Shown here one piece after another: positions 59,359 through 64,000 of a DNA stretch of 64,000 bases. This stretch comes from Terrimicrobiaceae bacterium (lineage in GTDB: Bacteria > Verrucomicrobiota > Verrucomicrobiia > Chthoniobacterales > Terrimicrobiaceae). A model generated the notes under the pieces. The model had not been told where the DNA came from. It did not search any database and saw only the letters and a program-made list of their open reading frames with translations. The stretch is taken from positions 8,380-72,379 of the forward strand of contig JBAYWC010000002.1 of the NCBI GenBank assembly GCA_041674265.1, in the 5' to 3' direction. Position 1 is the first letter of the stretch. Each line of letters opens with the position of its first letter. The position numbers and the translations under genes are program-made.

Positions 59359-60777
59359 ATGCGCCCCGGTCTTCGGCAGTCCGTAAAAAGCATTTACTTT
59401 GAAACCATTCGTGCGAATCTCGCTTTTTCAAGAAACCAGCCTGCTGTGGCACGAGATTTATATCAAAAATGCCGGGAATACCGGGATAGCGCGGATGCGC
59501 GGGCGCAGGGATTTTACCCTTACTTCCGCTGCATTGAAGAACCCCACGGGAACTATGTTGTCTGTGAGGGACAGCCGAAAATCATGATCGGCTCGAACAA
59601 TTACCTGGGTCTGGCCCAGGACCCCCGGGTCATCGAAGCGGCCTGCGAGGCGACGCGACGCTACGGGGCGGGCTGCACGGGTTCCCGCCTGCTGAATGGA
59701 ACGATCAAACTTCATGTCGAGCTGGAAGAAGCGTTGGCCGCCTTTCTTCAAAGGGAATCGGTCGTCCTGTTTTCCACGGGATTTTTTGCCAATCAAGGGG
59801 CGTTGGCCTCGCTGACCGAGGAAGGGGACGCCATCCTCTGCGACCGGGAGAACCATGCGAGCATCATCGATGGCTGCCAGTTTGCGGACGCAAAATTGAT
59901 CCCCTACCGGCACAATTCGGCCACCTCGCTGCGCAACCGCCTGAAGCGATTGCCGGACGACGCCGGTCGTCTGGTGGTGATGGACGGGGTTTTCAGCATG
60001 TCCGGCGACATCGCCGACCTGCCTCCCCTTGTCGAGGCCGCCAAGGAATACGGCGCGCTCTTTTATGTGGACGAGGCGCACTCGCTCGGGGTCCTGGGAC
60101 CACAGGGCCGGGGGACCGTGCATCATTTTGGGTTGAACGACGAGGTGGATATTGTGATGGGCACGTTCTCGAAGTCCCTCGGATCGATGGGGGGGTTCAT
60201 TGCGGGGGATGCCCAGATGGTGGAATATTTGAAACACCGCGCCCGCTGCTTTATCTTCACCGCATCGCTCGCGCCGGCTGTTGCGGGAGCGGTTCTCAAG
60301 GCCCTCGAGATCATGCAGGCCGAACCCGGCCGGATCGAACAGCTCTGGCGCAACACCCGCAAGATGCACGAAGGCTTCAAAGACATCGGCTTCAAAATCG
60401 GAACCACCCAGACGCCGATCGTCCCCATCCTCATCGGCAGCGAGGCAAAGGCGTTTGTCTTCACCCAACGACTCTACGAAGAGGGGGTTTTTGCCACGCC
60501 GGCCATCTACCCGGCCGTCCGCTATGGGGAAGCGATCGTCCGCACCAGCTTCATGGCCACCCATACGGACTCCGATCTCGATCGCGTGCTCGAGATTTTC
60601 GAGAAACTCGCGCGCGAGCTTGGAACTTTCGATGATCCCGCCTACGTCAATCCCACGCGCAGAAAAAACGTGTTCGATTTCCGTCTGCCGGTCACCGGGG
60701 GAGCGGACGACATTCGAGCGGACGGCGGAGGCGCTTCACGGAACGGATCCGGCTTTCATCCCGCCATTTCCAGGTAG
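59359..60777 (+). CDS. alpha-oxoamine synthase family PLP enzyme (serine palmitoyltransferase / 8-amino-7-oxononanoate synthase-like)
   Basis: GSNNYLGL, DEAHSLGVLG, and TFSKSLGSMGG (PLP lysine). The start (ATG 59359 vs TTG 59344) and the long C-terminal tail are uncertain. Confidence 0.8.
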   Translation: MRPGLRQSVKSIYFETIRANLAFSRNQPAVARDLYQKCREYRDSADARAQGFYPYFRCIEEPHGNYVVCEGQPKIMIGSNNYLGLAQDPRVIEAACEATRRYGAGCTGSRLLNGTIKLHVELEEALAAFLQRESVVLFSTGFFANQGALASLTEEGDAILCDRENHASIIDGCQFADAKLIPYRHNSATSLRNRLKRLPDDAGRLVVMDGVFSMSGDIADLPPLVEAAKEYGALFYVDEAHSLGVLGPQGRGTVHHFGLNDEVDIVMGTFSKSLGSMGGFIAGDAQMVEYLKHRARCFIFTASLAPAVAGAVLKALEIMQAEPGRIEQLWRNTRKMHEGFKDIGFKIGTTQTPIVPILIGSEAKAFVFTQRLYEEGVFATPAIYPAVRYGEAIVRTSFMATHTDSDLDRVLEIFEKLARELGTFDDPAYVNPTRRKNVFDFRLPVTGGADDIRADGGGASRNGSGFHPAISR

Positions 60778-61786
60778 CATCGCCAAGTATCTTTCCCCGA
60801 AGTCGGCATTTCACCTCCGGCACGGGAAAATCTCGGCCTTCGTGGCGAGACGCAACGGTCGTCCGGTCGGACGCATCGCCGCGATCATCAACCGTTCCCA
60901 CAACGAGCGTTATTCGGACAAGACCGGATTCTTCGGATTCTTCGAATGCGAGAACGACCCCGCGACCGCGAACGCTTTGTTCGAGCGGGCCGGGGAGGTT
61001 TTGAGGGGGGCGGGGAGGGATTGCATGCGCGGCCCCTACAACCCGAGCATCAACGATGAATGCGGAATGCTCGCCGACCGGTTCGATCTTCCGCCATGCA
61101 TCGGGCTCACTTGGAACCCCGAATACTATTTAACCCTGCTTGCCGGGGCCGGATTTTCCGGTGTCCGGGTCCTGCATGGCATGAACCTTCCGATGCACCG
61201 GCTGCCGCAGCCCGCGCGGTTGGCCCGGATCGTCGGGAGAATCGCCTCCCGCTCGAAGTTGAAGATGCGGACGATGGATATTTCCCGGCTTCCCGAGGAA
61301 CTGAAAATCGTGCGGGAAGTTTACAACGCGACCTTGGAGAGGAACTGGGGGTTCGTGCCCATTTCGATGGAGGATCTTCTCGCCGCAGCGGGTGATATCC
61401 GCGCCATCGCGGATCCCAGGCTTCTCCTCATTGCCGAGATGGATGGCGGGAGTGCTGGCGTGGCCCTCACCCTTCCGAATTTCAACGAGATCCTCGCCAG
61501 GGTGAAACAGACGCCCCACTGGTTGCGGCTTCCCCACATCTTTTTGTTGATGAAAACGCACAAAATCAACTCCTGCCGACAGACCGTGCTCGGGGTTGTG
61601 CCCGGTTGCAGGGATCGGGGGATTCACGCGTGGCTGATCCACGAGCAGTTCGTTCGCGCCCAGGAACGTTACGACAATGCCACCTTGGGCTGGATGGAGG
61701 ACACGAACTCCGAGATTCTGAAAAACTGCGAGATTGTCGGTGGCGAACGCGAGAGAACCTGGAGAATCTTCGAAAAGGTGCTGTAA
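60632..61786 (+). CDS. large GNAT-like N-acyltransferase family protein; start uncertain
   Basis: DPAFIPPFPGSI...GRPVGRIAAIINRSHNERYSDKTGFFGFFECENDP...RGPYNPSINDECGML matches a conserved ~380-aa GNAT-like family as I recall it. The first in-frame ATG overlaps the upstream gene by 146 nt in another frame. Confidence 0.55.
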   Translation: MIPPTSIPRAEKTCSISVCRSPGERTTFERTAEALHGTDPAFIPPFPGSIAKYLSPKSAFHLRHGKISAFVARRNGRPVGRIAAIINRSHNERYSDKTGFFGFFECENDPATANALFERAGEVLRGAGRDCMRGPYNPSINDECGMLADRFDLPPCIGLTWNPEYYLTLLAGAGFSGVRVLHGMNLPMHRLPQPARLARIVGRIASRSKLKMRTMDISRLPEELKIVREVYNATLERNWGFVPISMEDLLAAAGDIRAIADPRLLLIAEMDGGSAGVALTLPNFNEILARVKQTPHWLRLPHIFLLMKTHKINSCRQTVLGVVPGCRDRGIHAWLIHEQFVRAQERYDNATLGWMEDTNSEILKNCEIVGGERERTWRIFEKVL

Positions 61787-61856
61787 GGCTTCCCGAAGGA
61801 CGCCCGTGAAAATGCGGTCCTTGATCTTCATGTAATCCCGTCTAGTTTTGTCGTCT

Positions 61857-62312
61857 ATGCAGCTTTCGATGCGAACGGATTACGCGCTGCGGGCGCTTTT
61901 CACCTTGGTGGAACACCACGGCGGAAACCCCATTCCCATCGGAGAACTGGCGCGCAGAAACGATGTCCCCAAGCGGTTTCTGGAGCACATCATGCTTGAC
62001 CTCAAGGCCCAGGGCTGGGTGGAAAGTCTCCCCGGCAAGCGGGGCGGGTATATGCTGAGAAAAAAACCGGAAAAAATCACAATGGGAGAAGTCGTGCGAC
62101 ACTTTGACGGATATCTCGCGCCGATTGCCTGTGTCTCGGTGACCGATTACAAACGCTGTTCGCAGGAACCGGTTTGCCGATTCCGCCGGGTCTTGCTGCG
62201 AGCCCGGAACATGGTGGCCGAATTGATGGACAAGGCCACGCTCGCCGATGTTTTCCGGGGTGCCCCTGTTGCTGATGCCGAGATCGTCGGAATGTATGGC
62301 GACGGGATTTGA
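61857..62312 (+). CDS. Rrf2-family transcriptional regulator
   Basis: MQLSMRTDYALRALFTLVEHHG...IGELARRNDVPKRFLEHIMLDLKAQGWVES wHTH. Confidence 0.88.
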   Translation: MQLSMRTDYALRALFTLVEHHGGNPIPIGELARRNDVPKRFLEHIMLDLKAQGWVESLPGKRGGYMLRKKPEKITMGEVVRHFDGYLAPIACVSVTDYKRCSQEPVCRFRRVLLRARNMVAELMDKATLADVFRGAPVADAEIVGMYGDGI

Positions 62313-62463
62313 TTTTTTTTTGCTGGGAAGAAACAGGAGGCCGGCCAAGCACGTTGGGGCCGCAGCGGCGGGTGGCCAAGGGTGGCTGGAGGGGAAAAAA
62401 GGGGGGCTGCCGCACGACGGCACTCTTGAAAAATACCGGCGGCGGGTGCATTCTTCCACTTCC

Positions 62464-62730
62464 ATGAAATCCGTCCAGGTTCACTACGAAGGCCGCGTGC
62501 AGGGGGTGGGCTTCCGGTGGACGGTGAAAAATCTCTCCCGGGAGTTCGATGTCTCCGGAACGGTGAAAAACCTTTCCGACGGACGCGTGGAACTCGTGGT
62601 CCAGGGCGACGAAACCGAGGCATTCCTCGACGCCATCCGCCGGAGCGCGCTCGCGGGGCACATCGAAAAGGAACGGCTGGAAACCATCCCGTGTGTGCAG
62701 GGCCTCCGCGGATTTCTTATCATCCCATGA
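62464..62730 (+). CDS. acyP: acylphosphatase
   Basis: 88 aa with the VQGVGFR signature. Confidence 0.85.
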   Translation: MKSVQVHYEGRVQGVGFRWTVKNLSREFDVSGTVKNLSDGRVELVVQGDETEAFLDAIRRSALAGHIEKERLETIPCVQGLRGFLIIP

Positions 62731-63569
62731 ATGCCGTATCCGTTGAAAATCTCACGAAAGTCTATCCGATCCCGATGCGGCGCCAGCGCGTCGTGGCGGT
62801 CAAAAACCTGAGCCTCACCGTCCGGGAAGGCGAGGTCTATGGCCTGCTCGGGCCGAACGGTTCCGGAAAAAGCACGACACTCAAGGTGCTTCTCGGGCTG
62901 GTAACCCCCACGCAGGGTCAAACCACCATTTTCGAAAAGGACAGCCGGGACTACCGGAGCCGCGCGGAAGTGGGGTTCCTTCCCGAGAATCCGTATTTCT
63001 ACAAATTCCTCACCGCGGAGGAAACGCTTCGTTTTTATGGCAAGATTTGTGGGATTCCCGCCGGCGAACTGAATGCCCGGGTCGCCGATCTGATTTCGCT
63101 GGTCGGATTGGAAGACGCCCGCCACCGGCGTGTGGGGGGGTTTTCGAAAGGCATGCTCCAACGCATCGGCCTGGCCCAGTCGCTGATCCAGAACCCGAAG
63201 CTCGTCGTCCTTGACGAGCCGACCGCCGGCGTCGATCCGGTCGGCTCCCGCCAAATCCGCGATTTGATTCTGGACTTGAAGAAGCGCGGGAAGACCGTGC
63301 TTCTGACCTCGCACCTGCTCGGCCAGGTCCAGGAGGTTTGCGACCGAGTGGGGATCATGGCCCGCGGAGAAATGGTGCGCGAGGGCAGCCTCGATGAGTT
63401 GACAACCATCGACCGCCAGACGGAATTCATCGTGGAAGACGCCCCCGCCGGGATGCGCGAGAAAATTGAGGCGATGGTCCGGGAATCCGGGGCGCGCTTC
63501 GTGGCGGCTCGTCGTCCGCAGCGCGATCTCGAGGGCGTCTTTTTGGAGTCCACAACCCCGAAGGAATGA
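62727..63569 (+). CDS. ABC transporter ATP-binding protein (ABC-2 type)
   Basis: GPNGSGKST, FSKGMLQR and LVVLDEPTAGVDP. The start overlaps the acyP stop (ATGA). Confidence 0.9.
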   Translation: MNAVSVENLTKVYPIPMRRQRVVAVKNLSLTVREGEVYGLLGPNGSGKSTTLKVLLGLVTPTQGQTTIFEKDSRDYRSRAEVGFLPENPYFYKFLTAEETLRFYGKICGIPAGELNARVADLISLVGLEDARHRRVGGFSKGMLQRIGLAQSLIQNPKLVVLDEPTAGVDPVGSRQIRDLILDLKKRGKTVLLTSHLLGQVQEVCDRVGIMARGEMVREGSLDELTTIDRQTEFIVEDAPAGMREKIEAMVRESGARFVAARRPQRDLEGVFLESTTPKE

Positions 63570-64000
63570 GAGCCTTCGTCACCGGCACCGACACCGGGGT
63601 CGGGAAAACGTTTGTGACGGCGTTGCTTGCCCGCGCGCTCCGGCGGGCCGGACTCGACACGCTCGCCCTCAAACCCATCTGCTCCGGGGACCGCGGCGAC
63701 GCGGAGATCCTGTGGGCGGCTTGCGAAGCGGAACTCGATCTGGATGACGTGAATCCGCTCTGGTTCCAGATGCCGGTGGCCCCGCATTTGGCCGCCCGTC
63801 GCGAAAACCGGAATGTTTCGATTTCCTTTCTCGAAGCCTGGTTCCGGTCCGTCTCGACGGGCAGGCAATCCGTGCTGGTCGAGGGGGCGGGGGGATGGCT
63901 GGCGCCGATCGCGGACAAGACGCTGATTGCCGATCTGGCTGTCGCGCTCGGGCTGCCTGTGATCGTCGTCGTCGCCAACCGGCTCGGCTGCATCAACCAC
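63566..64000 (+). CDS. bioD: dethiobiotin synthase, partial (runs off window end)
   Basis: Hand translation MRAFVTGTDTGVGKTFVTALLARAL...VLVEGAGGWLAP. The ATG overlaps the upstream stop. Not in the ORF track because no stop lies within the window. Confidence 0.8.
   Translation, partial: MRAFVTGTDTGVGKTFVTALLARALRRAGLDTLALKPICSGDRGDAEILWAACEAELDLDDVNPLWFQMPVAPHLAARRENRNVSISFLEAWFRSVSTGRQSVLVEGAGGWLAPIADKTLIADLAVALGLPVIVVVANRLGCINH

Noticed and set aside
59020-59386. ORFs 59020-59334, 59045-59386 and 59155-59349 as protein-coding genes.
   Set aside because: Their conserved-looking peptides (SRMRAIRTSGSMRG, AGNPHVRFDEGE) are the familiar translations of group II intron domain V RNA. All three frames overlap the same RNA element.
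62313-62463. T9 run after the Rrf2 gene as an intrinsic terminator.
   Set aside because: I could not find a convincing GC-rich stem immediately preceding the T-run.

Overview
High-GC (about 60-65% by eye) bacterial chromosome segment. The gene content looks PVC/Verrucomicrobiota-like, but that is a low-confidence inference. All product names come from motif recognition in the supplied translations; no searches were run.

Most of the window is tightly packed housekeeping DNA: aspS (partial), PBP1A, hisG, hemE-hemN-hemY, hemH, recF, rpsJ-rplC, nnr, a tRNA(CAU), rpsT, ilvD, DAHP synthase, monomeric icd, a metal ABC importer, gyrB/gyrA, tyrS, bioD (partial) and others.

The main finding is a ~7.7-kb accessory island (about 13.04-20.70 kb) sitting between hemY and hemH. 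It is one co-directional, overlap-coupled gene array:
- a decayed antitoxin/ParE remnant
- two ORFs with no motif I can recognise (420 aa and 114 aa)
- a Type III-like mod gene
- an intact antitoxin/ParE pair
- a Type III-like res gene whose stop overlaps the hemH start (ATGA)

The mod gene carries an in-frame insertion of a REP-flanked RAYT (HUH/Y1 transposase-like) cassette. It also has a 102-bp tandem duplication that includes its SAM-binding motif, and a visibly low-GC target-recognition segment.

Other notable items:
- a truncated group II intron (5' GUGCGCC plus domains V/VI) inserted just after the tyrS terminator-like repeat
- a 28-bp perfect inverted repeat built from CAGGATT heptamers in front of icd
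- an intact 1099-aa NRPS-like ORF in which every catalytic motif I can check is degenerate
- a VapBC pair wedged between gyrB and gyrA
- an unannotated 34-aa bS22-like ribosomal protein gene
- several internal-deletion gene remnants (avtA, terC, an ABC NBD-permease fusion)

No rRNA, CRISPR array, integrase or prophage genes were seen.
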